A stretch of DNA of 64,000 bases from Promethearchaeota archaeon (GTDB lineage Archaea > Asgardarchaeota > Lokiarchaeia > Sigyniarchaeales > SOKP01). The stretch is taken from NCBI GenBank assembly GCA_019058015.1, contig JAHLWH010000258.1, forward strand, positions 34,256-98,255. Reading direction: 5' to 3'. Below, in pieces: positions 11,058 to 19,818 of the stretch; the first letter of the stretch is position 1, and every line of letters starts with the position of its first letter. The notes beneath the pieces are model-generated. The model was not told the origin of the DNA. It saw only the letters and a program-made list of their open reading frames with translations, and did not search any database. A program made the position numbers and the translations under genes.

Positions 11058-11375
11058 ACTCTCCCTTAATAAAAATAAAAATTATTCTTTTTAATTCCAT
11101 TGATTTTAGAAGTTCCAAAATATTTAAGAATATTTATTGTAGCATTAACATTTAGAGGAATTTTCTTTTTAAATATAAAGAGAGAATCGACATAATATAA
11201 AAAATATCATTTTTATAAAATATCAACAATTACAGAGAATTTTAATATTAAAAAATTTCATCAGTTTTATAATTAAACACATACTAAAATTCAGTCAAAA
11301 ACAATAAAGATATAAAAAATTAGAATTAATTATAAAACTATAAAAATTATTTATATCATTGTAATATATTTCAAT

Positions 11376-12044
11376 TTGGGTAAAATCATGTCAGAAAAAG
11401 ATTTTGAACCACTCACTTCTCAGCTTGGAATTGCTGGGACTTCCTACAGATTACAGTTAGGACTAATTAATGAAAAATGGGCATCTAGATTAATGAAAGG
11501 AAAGGATGCTATTATTGATTCTTATATTTACGATAATGTTGAGGGAATTACACCAAATGGAAATCGTATCGTCAGTTGGGTCCTCAAAACAGTTGCAATC
11601 CCAAATATAAATCCTCATCAAATTATGAAAACAACTCAATTTTTATTGAGACAAGCAAGAGAGAATAAAGATAAAAAGAAAGTTATAGTCCCAATTCAAG
11701 AAGCGAAGGAAGTACAGTTAGATAAGGTACCAGAATCAGAATTAAAAAGGCCTAGAACTCAAGGGTGGGTTAAGGAAGAATTATCAGAACGGGAAAGATT
11801 TTTCCAAAGAACGAAAGCTAAAGCAATTTCTCAAAAAAATGATGTAGAAAAAGAATCAATTATCCAAGAAAAATCTCCTGAAATAATTTTTACTAAGAAA
11901 GAACTTCCCAAGATTCCATCTAAAGATACTGCTGAAACAGAAGAGTTAAAAGAAAAACATTTAGGAAAGGTTTTTTGTCCTTTCTGTGGTTTTCATATAA
12001 AGCATTGCCCAAGTTGTGGGAAGGAATTCAAGGACTACAATTAA
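11376..12044 (+). CDS. Hypothetical protein with C-terminal zinc ribbon
   Basis: Globular N-terminus, charged linker, CPFC..CPSC at the C-terminus. Confidence 0.75.
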   Translation: MGKIMSEKDFEPLTSQLGIAGTSYRLQLGLINEKWASRLMKGKDAIIDSYIYDNVEGITPNGNRIVSWVLKTVAIPNINPHQIMKTTQFLLRQARENKDKKKVIVPIQEAKEVQLDKVPESELKRPRTQGWVKEELSERERFFQRTKAKAISQKNDVEKESIIQEKSPEIIFTKKELPKIPSKDTAETEELKEKHLGKVFCPFCGFHIKHCPSCGKEFKDYN

Positions 12045-12245
12045 TCCTCTTTTTAATGTTTTTTTTAAAAATTAACTTTGAGTGATAAATTTTAGATTAA
12101 TTTAGATTATATCTTCAAAATTAATATTAAATTTAAATTAAACACAGCTAATTAGAATAATAATTGAATTTGGATAATATTATAAAAACTTAAAAAATAA
12201 TATTGGTATAGGAAAATTAAAATGAGATTAATTAATTAAGAAGTT

Positions 12246-13667
12246 TTGAATATGGCACACACACAAAAGCAAAATTTCATTGATAACTCGAAGGTAATCA
12301 TTAAACCATTAGCTTATTATAAAATGCTTGTTCATGTTTTACGGTTTGGTTCAAAAATTAAGGATCCTGATAATTACCGTGAATGTATGGGTGTATTATT
12401 AGGGGAATTAGCAGGTTCTGGAGAAATTAAAGATGTTATAATACATGATGCGGTTCCAATAAATCATGGAGGTCAAATTGAAGTACAATTTTCAGAAGCC
12501 GATTATATATCTTTTGCAAGTATAGATGCAGAGGTTGCTGATAAGGGTTGGTTTTCCGTTGGCTGGTACCACTCTCATCCTGGTCTAGGCGTCTTTTTCT
12601 CAGCAGTTGACCTCATAAATCAATTAGGATTTCAAAATCCAAATCCCAGTGCAATTGGAATTGTCTTCGATCATGAACTATTAGAGGAGCAAGGAAATAT
12701 GGGTTTTAAAATCTTTCGATTAGATAAACCATCTTTTACGGAAATACCAACTAGTTATCATGAGGTAAAATATATCGTAGACCTTCCTGATAATATTGGA
12801 TTTTATCATGAAATTAAAAATTTAATAGATTGCATACATAAAAAAGAACCTGTTATTTTAGAAATTAATGAAACTCCAGATATATTTGGAGAAATTTCTA
12901 TTCCTAGTCAAAGTCAAATGATGGCAAAACAACCTGATTTAAATTTAGTAGTACTATTACAATCATTGAATGATGGTATTTCAAAATTTACTTATTCATT
13001 CTTTGAACCATTAATTAGATATTTAAACCAATGGGGTCATAAAACAACTAAATTAACAACTGATATCAATCTAAAAACTAGAAAAGGTCTAATAACTCTA
13101 AAGGATAACTTATCAAATGGTCTAAGGGAATTACACACCTGGACTAAATTTGCAATTATGGACATATTTAGAGATATGGAAACATATATTGATGATAAAT
13201 TAGATACATTAGATATTAATAAAAATGCATTAAAAAGTTCTATTCACCAATTAAAAGATACTATTGAATCGAATATATCTAAAATATTCACAGAACAAAT
13301 AAATACACTAATTAATGAAACAGATTCATTAATCAATAACAGTAAAGAAAAATTTACTTCATTAAAATCTAGTTATGAGAATAATTCTAATCATATAATT
13401 CAAAATACTAAATTAATTGATGAGGTTTCCAGGAAAATTAATCAACTAGATAATAAAACGGTGCAAGAAATAGATTCAAACACAGAAAAGATTAAAAAAC
13501 AATTAGAAAAAACTCTAATGCCTTTAATAAAGGAAATTAATGAAATTAAAAAGAAGCAAGAAGATTTTGTTAGTTCTTTAGATTCTACTATTTCAATCTT
13601 AGATAAAGTGTCTAATAACATTCAAAAATTAAAAAATATTAACAACAAAAATCAAGGAGGTTCTTAA
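12246..13667 (+). CDS. JAMM/MPN+ metalloisopeptidase (Rpn11/CSN5-like) with long C-terminal coiled coil
   Basis: LAYYKMLVH, ECMGVLLG, GWYHSHPGLGVFFSAVD (E..HxHx7Sx2D), GIVFD..FKIFRL; heptad-rich C-terminal half. Confidence 0.88.
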   Translation: MNMAHTQKQNFIDNSKVIIKPLAYYKMLVHVLRFGSKIKDPDNYRECMGVLLGELAGSGEIKDVIIHDAVPINHGGQIEVQFSEADYISFASIDAEVADKGWFSVGWYHSHPGLGVFFSAVDLINQLGFQNPNPSAIGIVFDHELLEEQGNMGFKIFRLDKPSFTEIPTSYHEVKYIVDLPDNIGFYHEIKNLIDCIHKKEPVILEINETPDIFGEISIPSQSQMMAKQPDLNLVVLLQSLNDGISKFTYSFFEPLIRYLNQWGHKTTKLTTDINLKTRKGLITLKDNLSNGLRELHTWTKFAIMDIFRDMETYIDDKLDTLDINKNALKSSIHQLKDTIESNISKIFTEQINTLINETDSLINNSKEKFTSLKSSYENNSNHIIQNTKLIDEVSRKINQLDNKTVQEIDSNTEKIKKQLEKTLMPLIKEINEIKKKQEDFVSSLDSTISILDKVSNNIQKLKNINNKNQGGS

Positions 13668-13670
13668 AAA

Positions 13671-15083
13671 ATGTCTCCAGAACCACCTCCAAGTAAAGGA
13701 TTCAAGCCACCTGGCAAAAGACTTTCTCAAGATAAAGTAGTTGTTAAAGATTTTTCACATGAAGGAAAAGTAATAATAAAATCAGACGCTTTTATTACTA
13801 TGATTTCTCATGTTTTACGCTTCGGTAACGAAGGTCTTGAGAAAAGCGTAGAAGTTCTAGGTGTTTGTATCGGAAAAAAGGCAGAAAAAAAAAATCTAAT
13901 TTGTTATGAAGCTGTTCCTATAAAACATGGATCAAGTATTGATATCGAATTTAATGATCTAGATTACAAGAAATTTGCTTCTATTGATGAAGAGGCTAAT
14001 AAAAAGAATATGTCAATAATTGGTTGGTATCATAGCCACCCGAGATTAGGATTAATTTTTACAAATATAGATATTAAAAATCATTTATTTTGGCAAAAGG
14101 AAGGAACACCCGATGCCTTTGCAGTTGTATTTGATCATTCACTAATGGGAAAAAATGATTCATTTGGGTTTAAATCCTTCAGATTAGATAATTATCAATT
14201 AGGTGAAAAAAGTGATTATCATGAAATTGTTGTTGAAGTCGAGCCTCCAGAATCCTTAGATTTTTTCAAAATTATTAAAAATCTAGTTGAAGAATCCCAA
14301 AAAGAAAGTCCCATTATAATAAAAGAATATGATGAAATTGGAGACCTTCAAGAAATTCCTAAACCTACTGAAGGAGAGATAGTTGAAATAAAAGAGGAAT
14401 CTCCCTTAAAGCCTACTATGGATGGTTTTATGAAGGGCACCCAAGAACTTAAAGACAATTTTTTACCAACATTTCAAGACAAAATAAATAAATGGACGCA
14501 TGATATTACAGTTGGTACTTCTAAGAGTTCAGCTTTTATATCTAATACTATTTCTACTATGCAGAATTCAACAGATTTAGGTATTAAAAAAGTAGAAGAA
14601 TGGTTTGAAAAGACTTTATCAACTCAAATGGAAGAATTTAAATTGGAAATTAAAAACCAAGTACAAGAAAGATTAGATTTTGAAATTGAACTTATAAAAG
14701 AAATTAATGATAACATTGATCTTATCGTTGAAGACATTGTCAAGATTATCAATGAGAATATTACTCAAAAAATTAATGAAATTGGAGAAAAAATAAAACA
14801 AAATTCAAAAATTTTTGAGGATTTGGAAAAAATTCAAGAAAAAATCACTCAAGATGTAAATAAACAAACTGAAATCGTTAATAATACAAATGAAAATACG
14901 GAAAAAACAATATCGGGAATAAATCAGAAAGTTAATACAATATCAACCAAATTCAACGAGATCTTAAATGAGGAAATTAATAATATCTCAGATGGATTAT
15001 CTGTAATTAAAGAACAAACTGAAAAATTTGCCTTTCAATTAGAAACATTACAAAAATCTATTAAGAAAGTAAAAAAAATATAA
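13671..15083 (+). CDS. Second JAMM/MPN+ paralogue with coiled coil and Pro-rich N-terminus
   Basis: AFITMISHVLRFG, EVLGVCIG, GWYHSHPRLGLIFTNID, AVVFD..FKSFRL; starts 3 nt after the first paralogue. Confidence 0.88.
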   Translation: MSPEPPPSKGFKPPGKRLSQDKVVVKDFSHEGKVIIKSDAFITMISHVLRFGNEGLEKSVEVLGVCIGKKAEKKNLICYEAVPIKHGSSIDIEFNDLDYKKFASIDEEANKKNMSIIGWYHSHPRLGLIFTNIDIKNHLFWQKEGTPDAFAVVFDHSLMGKNDSFGFKSFRLDNYQLGEKSDYHEIVVEVEPPESLDFFKIIKNLVEESQKESPIIIKEYDEIGDLQEIPKPTEGEIVEIKEESPLKPTMDGFMKGTQELKDNFLPTFQDKINKWTHDITVGTSKSSAFISNTISTMQNSTDLGIKKVEEWFEKTLSTQMEEFKLEIKNQVQERLDFEIELIKEINDNIDLIVEDIVKIINENITQKINEIGEKIKQNSKIFEDLEKIQEKITQDVNKQTEIVNNTNENTEKTISGINQKVNTISTKFNEILNEEINNISDGLSVIKEQTEKFAFQLETLQKSIKKVKKI

Positions 15084-15105
15084 CTCCTTTTTTAATTCGA
15101 TAGGT

Positions 15106-15369
15106 CTAGAATTTGAGTTTTGATAAACGAGAGATTTTTAAAGAATATTTAGGAATATTTGTATTAAGTCTTTTTAATTGATTTTTCTTGGCAATATTCG
15201 CAAGCATTCGACCAATTCTATCCACTTTAATATCTACACCAAAATACTCTCGTAAAACGGAATTGATTTTATAAGAGCTTAATACAACTACATCTGAAAA
15301 GTTCTTTTGACACAAGAGAACTATCGCTTTTTTGACATATTCTTGAAGTTTTAAATTATCTTCGCTCAT
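15106..15369 (-). CDS. Small putative winged-helix protein
   Basis: Likely start MSEDNL (ATG at 15369); helix-helix-helix-wing pattern (SSYKINSVLREYFG..IGRMLANIAKK..KYSL). Confidence 0.5.
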   Translation of the reverse strand: MSEDNLKLQEYVKKAIVLLCQKNFSDVVVLSSYKINSVLREYFGVDIKVDRIGRMLANIAKKNQLKRLNTNIPKYSLKISRLSKLKF

Positions 15370-15424
15370 AAAAAATTTTTCCCTATACTGTAAAATCAAA
15401 TTTTCATATATAAATTTTTTACTA

Positions 15425-16222
15425 TTAATTTTGTTTGAATTCTTTTAATTTTCCTAACAAATCTCGAATAGATTGAATTGCTTTTGAGTTTGGATTAAAA
15501 TCGAGTGGTGCAATCCCCTCTAAATCAGCTTTCCCAATTTCCGGGTCAAAAGGAATAACATGAAATGAATTTAATCCAATTTCTTTCAATTTTTTTGTAA
15601 TTATCTCTAATTCTACTTTGTCTTTAATTTTATTCAATACAATTAAATTGTTTTTTACTCCTAATCCTTTTGACAATTTTAGTATATGTTGAGTTAAATC
15701 TATTGACTTTATTGACGGTTCTGTTACAATTAGCATGATCTCTATTCCCTTACCAGTGCCTCTTCCCAAATGTTCCAATCCAGCTTCAAAATCGACAATT
15801 ACAGCTTCATTTCTCTGTACAAAAAGGTTATAAAGAAGTGTTCTAATTAATACATTTTCCGGGCATAAACATCCTGAACTTGGTTCCTCTATTGAGCCAA
15901 CAGCAAGCAATTGGACTCCATCGGGTCCATAGATTTTGTATTTATCAGGAATATCTGAAACTTTAGGGTTTATGTTATATATTCCCCCACTTGCTGTACC
16001 AGGTCTTTGTCCCGTTCTTTGCTCTATAAGATCAAGCATTTCTTTTATTGGGACTATCTTTTGACGAGTATATTCATCAATCCCCACAGAATAACTTAAA
16101 TTCATTGATGAATCATTATCAATAGCTAACACATTATAACCATCTTGAGCAAATAATCTAGCCAATGTTCCAGCAATAAGTGTTTTCCCTACTCCTCCCT
16201 TTCCAGATACAGCAATTTTCAT
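15425..16222 (-). CDS. cooC: CooC-type Ni-insertion ATPase (MinD/ParA family)
   Basis: MKIAVSGKGGVGKT, GCLCPEN, DFEAGLEHLGRGT. Confidence 0.88.
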   Translation of the reverse strand: MKIAVSGKGGVGKTLIAGTLARLFAQDGYNVLAIDNDSSMNLSYSVGIDEYTRQKIVPIKEMLDLIEQRTGQRPGTASGGIYNINPKVSDIPDKYKIYGPDGVQLLAVGSIEEPSSGCLCPENVLIRTLLYNLFVQRNEAVIVDFEAGLEHLGRGTGKGIEIMLIVTEPSIKSIDLTQHILKLSKGLGVKNNLIVLNKIKDKVELEIITKKLKEIGLNSFHVIPFDPEIGKADLEGIAPLDFNPNSKAIQSIRDLLGKLKEFKQN

Positions 16223-16319
16223 TTTTTCGGTTCTCGTATAGTTATATAAATATATAAGGTTATTAAATCTTTTAATAATAAAAAATATTTCTCTAAATTA
16301 TAAATTCGGGATTTAAGCT

Positions 16320-17081
16320 TTGTTTAAACGTGCAATTGTTAGAAAACCAAGCAAGAATTTTCAAGATGGTATTACAAAATCTAATTTAGGTAAGCCAATA
16401 TATAATAAAGCGCTTAAACAACATTCAAACTATGTCAAAGTATTAGATAACTGTGGTCTTGAAATAATAAAATTAAATGCAGACGATAGATTTCCAGATT
16501 CAACCTTTGTTGAGGATACTGCAATCGTTAATGAAGATTTTGCAATAATTACTAACATTGGTACGTTAAGCAGAAAAGGAGAAGAAGTAGAAATTAAACA
16601 AGTATTAGAAATGTTTTATGATAATATTGAATCAATAAAAAAACCGGGAACTGTAGATGGAGGGGATGTTATGAAAGTAGAGAATTGCTATTATATTGGT
16701 CTCTCAAAAAGAACAAATAAAGAAGGAGCAAGGCAATTAATAGAGGTTTTAAAGAAATATGGTTATTCTTATGTAACTATTCCATTAACAAATGTTCTTC
16801 ATTTAAAATCAGGTGTTTCCTATATTGGAGATAATAATCTAATTGCAGCTGGAGAATTTATAGATAATCTTAATTTTATAGGTTATAATATTATCAAAGT
16901 TGAAGAAAATGAAAAATACGCTGCAAACAGTGTAAAGATAAATAATTATGTTCTTATACCAAAAGGATTTGAGAAGTTAAAAGAATCAATATTAAGTTTA
17001 GGTTATAAAATAATTGAAATTGAAATGTCGGAGTTTAGAAAAATGGATGGTGGTCTTTCTTGTTTATCCCTTAGATTCTAA
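16320..17081 (+). CDS. Dimethylarginine dimethylaminohydrolase (amidinotransferase fold)
   Basis: FPDSTFVEDTA, SRKGE, DGGDV, GLSKRTN, LHLKS, DGGLSCLSLRF. Confidence 0.9.
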   Translation: MFKRAIVRKPSKNFQDGITKSNLGKPIYNKALKQHSNYVKVLDNCGLEIIKLNADDRFPDSTFVEDTAIVNEDFAIITNIGTLSRKGEEVEIKQVLEMFYDNIESIKKPGTVDGGDVMKVENCYYIGLSKRTNKEGARQLIEVLKKYGYSYVTIPLTNVLHLKSGVSYIGDNNLIAAGEFIDNLNFIGYNIIKVEENEKYAANSVKINNYVLIPKGFEKLKESILSLGYKIIEIEMSEFRKMDGGLSCLSLRF

Positions 17082-17286
17082 CATCTAATGATGTAAAAAC
17101 AAGATTATTGAATTTAAAATAAAGTTTTTAATAAAAAGTTATTTTAATTTAACAAGATAAATTTTATTTTTAATTAAAACCAAATTTTAATTTAAGTAGA
17201 GATTAAATATTATATTATTAAATTTGGATTGTATTCTTAAAATATGTGAATTTACGGGTTTTAAATATAAAAAATTCTAAATAAAA

Positions 17287-19587
17287 ATGAAAAACATTTA
17301 TTATAATCTTAAAAGAGCCATTTTCAATAAAGAGATTTATGTAAAAGGCAAAGAACCTTCAAAATCTTATTATGGAAAAAAATTTTGGGGGTTATTTGGA
17401 ATTTTTTTGTTTTTTTCTTTTATGATTTTTTTTAATATTAATAATCCTGATAATATTTTTTTCCAAATTTTGATGTTTGGAAATCCTTTTGTTTTAGGAA
17501 ATGCATTAATATTGTTTTATTTTACACTCTCTCTATTATTTAGCGTGGATAAAATAAGACAATTTATATTTGAAAAAAATACTGTTATTAAGCAAATATG
17601 TATTTTTTCTGGATTAATTACTGGATGGTTTTTTCTATTTTTATTAGTAGACACCATATTTCAATTTAATTATATGAGCTTTCTTTTAATATTAGCAATG
17701 ATCTGGCTAATTTTACAAAGTTCAAGATTTTATACGTATTCAAGAAAATTTTCTACTAAAATTGAGGCAAAAGTAGTGGCAAAATATTCAGTTTTTAGGA
17801 ATTTTATCATCTTTTTAATTCCTTTTCTAATTTTAGGAATTTTAGTAATTATATCCTGGTCTTTTAGAGCTTTTATTGTTTTTCTCACTCTAGATTTCTT
17901 GGGAACTTTAAATCCAACAGGATCATTTGAAGTTTATCTAATTGAAATGATAAGAGTAATGCCATTAATATATATTTCACTAATTACAACTATTGTATTC
18001 ATAATTATTGAATTCATTCTTACTAGGAAGCGGGCAGAAACTAGAAGAGCGGGATTATTTGACAATTTTACATTTGCAATAATTGTTTTTTTCATATTTT
18101 TTTATCAAATTTACCAAGTGACATTATATATTATTCTTCTACCAGAAACATCAAATGCATTAAGAGGAGCTTTTGGTGGAGCTTCAAATGTGATTGGGTA
18201 CCTATTCTTTTTTGAATTTTTTATTTCAATAATATTTTTAATAAGAATTATACGAAAAATTGGAACTACTCTTGGATGGCGAATTTTATTCTTTAAAAAA
18301 GATGGTTTAATAATGTTTTTTTTAGCTTGTGTTTTAGGACAAACCATATCACGATTCGCCGTAGCTACTAGCACTCCAAATCAAGAAATTGGTGGGTTAT
18401 CAGAATTATTAATGCACGATCGTTATCTAATTTCAATTATAATGATAATCTTCTTAGGATTAACCATTTTAGTTTATTACTTAAAACCTCATGAAACTTC
18501 AATGTTTATGCGAATTCAAAAAGAGATTGTTAAAGAAGAAGAAAAAAGTATGGAAACAATTTTAAAAATTTTAAGGAATGAATTTATTCGAAGGGGTGAA
18601 GCCTTTCCAATTGATTTAATTGAAAAAGAATTAATAAAGGCATCGCAATTATCTAAGGGAATTGTTTATTCAATTATTCGCAAAATTGATGACAAAAAAG
18701 TTGATTTTAGAGTAATAACACGACAAGAAAAGGAAGGTACCGAAAGAAAATATGCTGAATTCACTTCAATTACCGAAAAATTTCAAAAGAAAGGAGAAGC
18801 TGCTAAAAAAGCAAGGCATTATTTATCAGAACAACTAGTAGAAACCCTTCAAAAACAGCCTGGTGATGCAATGCAACTTCAAAAAAAAATTGATAAAGAG
18901 AAAGCTTCAGATAAATTCATTCAATCTCTATCTACTAATTTTTCAAAAAAAGTAATATCAGAGCAAGAACATACTGAATCTATAAAGGAAAAAACGGTCT
19001 CATTTACAAAAGAGCATGATGAGTTTCTTGAGGATAGAATTATTAAATTAATTAAAAAAGAATATATCTATCGGATTGAAAATCCCGAACAATATCCAGA
19101 ATATAAATTCTTAATCTCTGAGATTGCCCCAATAATTGAATTAGAAACAAAAGTTAGTTCAGGTGTTTTGTATCCTCTATTAGAGGAATTAAATAAATCA
19201 AATCTTGAATTAAATCTTTTAGACAATAAAGAAAATCCTGATGATAAATTTATAAACTTTATACCGTATTGGGATTTCGATATAGATAATTATTTAATAA
19301 ATTTCCATCCCGAAGATTATTCAAAAACCGTTATTTATTATTATAAAAAACTAGCTTCTTGTCTAACACAACCAAAATATTTAGATATTTTAAAATCAAT
19401 TTCTAAGAAAATAAAAAATGAAAACAAATTACAAGAATCTCTAAATTCTTTTTATGATAAATTAATTAAATATTATCCCAAATTTGAAAAAGAATTAAAA
19501 AGAGTTCCTGATAAAGGAAAATTAATTAAACTACTTGAAAAATATGCCACTATTATAGAAGCAATACGAAGAAAAACTAAGAATTAA
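17287..19587 (+). CDS. Polytopic membrane protein with large cytoplasmic C-terminus containing two winged-helix-like repeats
   Basis: About 10-11 hydrophobic segments in the first ~400 aa; internal repeat ILKILRNEFIRR..LSKGIVYSIIRKI / IIKLIKKEYIYR..VSSGVLYPLLEEL. Confidence 0.7.
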   Translation: MKNIYYNLKRAIFNKEIYVKGKEPSKSYYGKKFWGLFGIFLFFSFMIFFNINNPDNIFFQILMFGNPFVLGNALILFYFTLSLLFSVDKIRQFIFEKNTVIKQICIFSGLITGWFFLFLLVDTIFQFNYMSFLLILAMIWLILQSSRFYTYSRKFSTKIEAKVVAKYSVFRNFIIFLIPFLILGILVIISWSFRAFIVFLTLDFLGTLNPTGSFEVYLIEMIRVMPLIYISLITTIVFIIIEFILTRKRAETRRAGLFDNFTFAIIVFFIFFYQIYQVTLYIILLPETSNALRGAFGGASNVIGYLFFFEFFISIIFLIRIIRKIGTTLGWRILFFKKDGLIMFFLACVLGQTISRFAVATSTPNQEIGGLSELLMHDRYLISIIMIIFLGLTILVYYLKPHETSMFMRIQKEIVKEEEKSMETILKILRNEFIRRGEAFPIDLIEKELIKASQLSKGIVYSIIRKIDDKKVDFRVITRQEKEGTERKYAEFTSITEKFQKKGEAAKKARHYLSEQLVETLQKQPGDAMQLQKKIDKEKASDKFIQSLSTNFSKKVISEQEHTESIKEKTVSFTKEHDEFLEDRIIKLIKKEYIYRIENPEQYPEYKFLISEIAPIIELETKVSSGVLYPLLEELNKSNLELNLLDNKENPDDKFINFIPYWDFDIDNYLINFHPEDYSKTVIYYYKKLASCLTQPKYLDILKSISKKIKNENKLQESLNSFYDKLIKYYPKFEKELKRVPDKGKLIKLLEKYATIIEAIRRKTKN

Positions 19588-19818
19588 CTAACTTAAAATT
19601 TATTCACTCAAAAATTATCTCTTATTTTCCTTATATTGTTGATATATTCCAATTTCAATAAATTAAATGTAAAAAAAGTCAACTGAATTTAACTATTCAT
19701 TCATATTACGTAGATATTATTCTATTTGTTAATTTTCTGTATTATTTAGAAATATATCTAGATATTTTTTAGAAAAAATCAGATTTAATATCAACATCTT
19801 TCATCTTTGGGTTAAAAA

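Noticed and set aside
19754-19765. Palindrome ATATCTAGATAT upstream of smc
   Set aside because: Short, almost all A/T and single-copy; expected by chance here.
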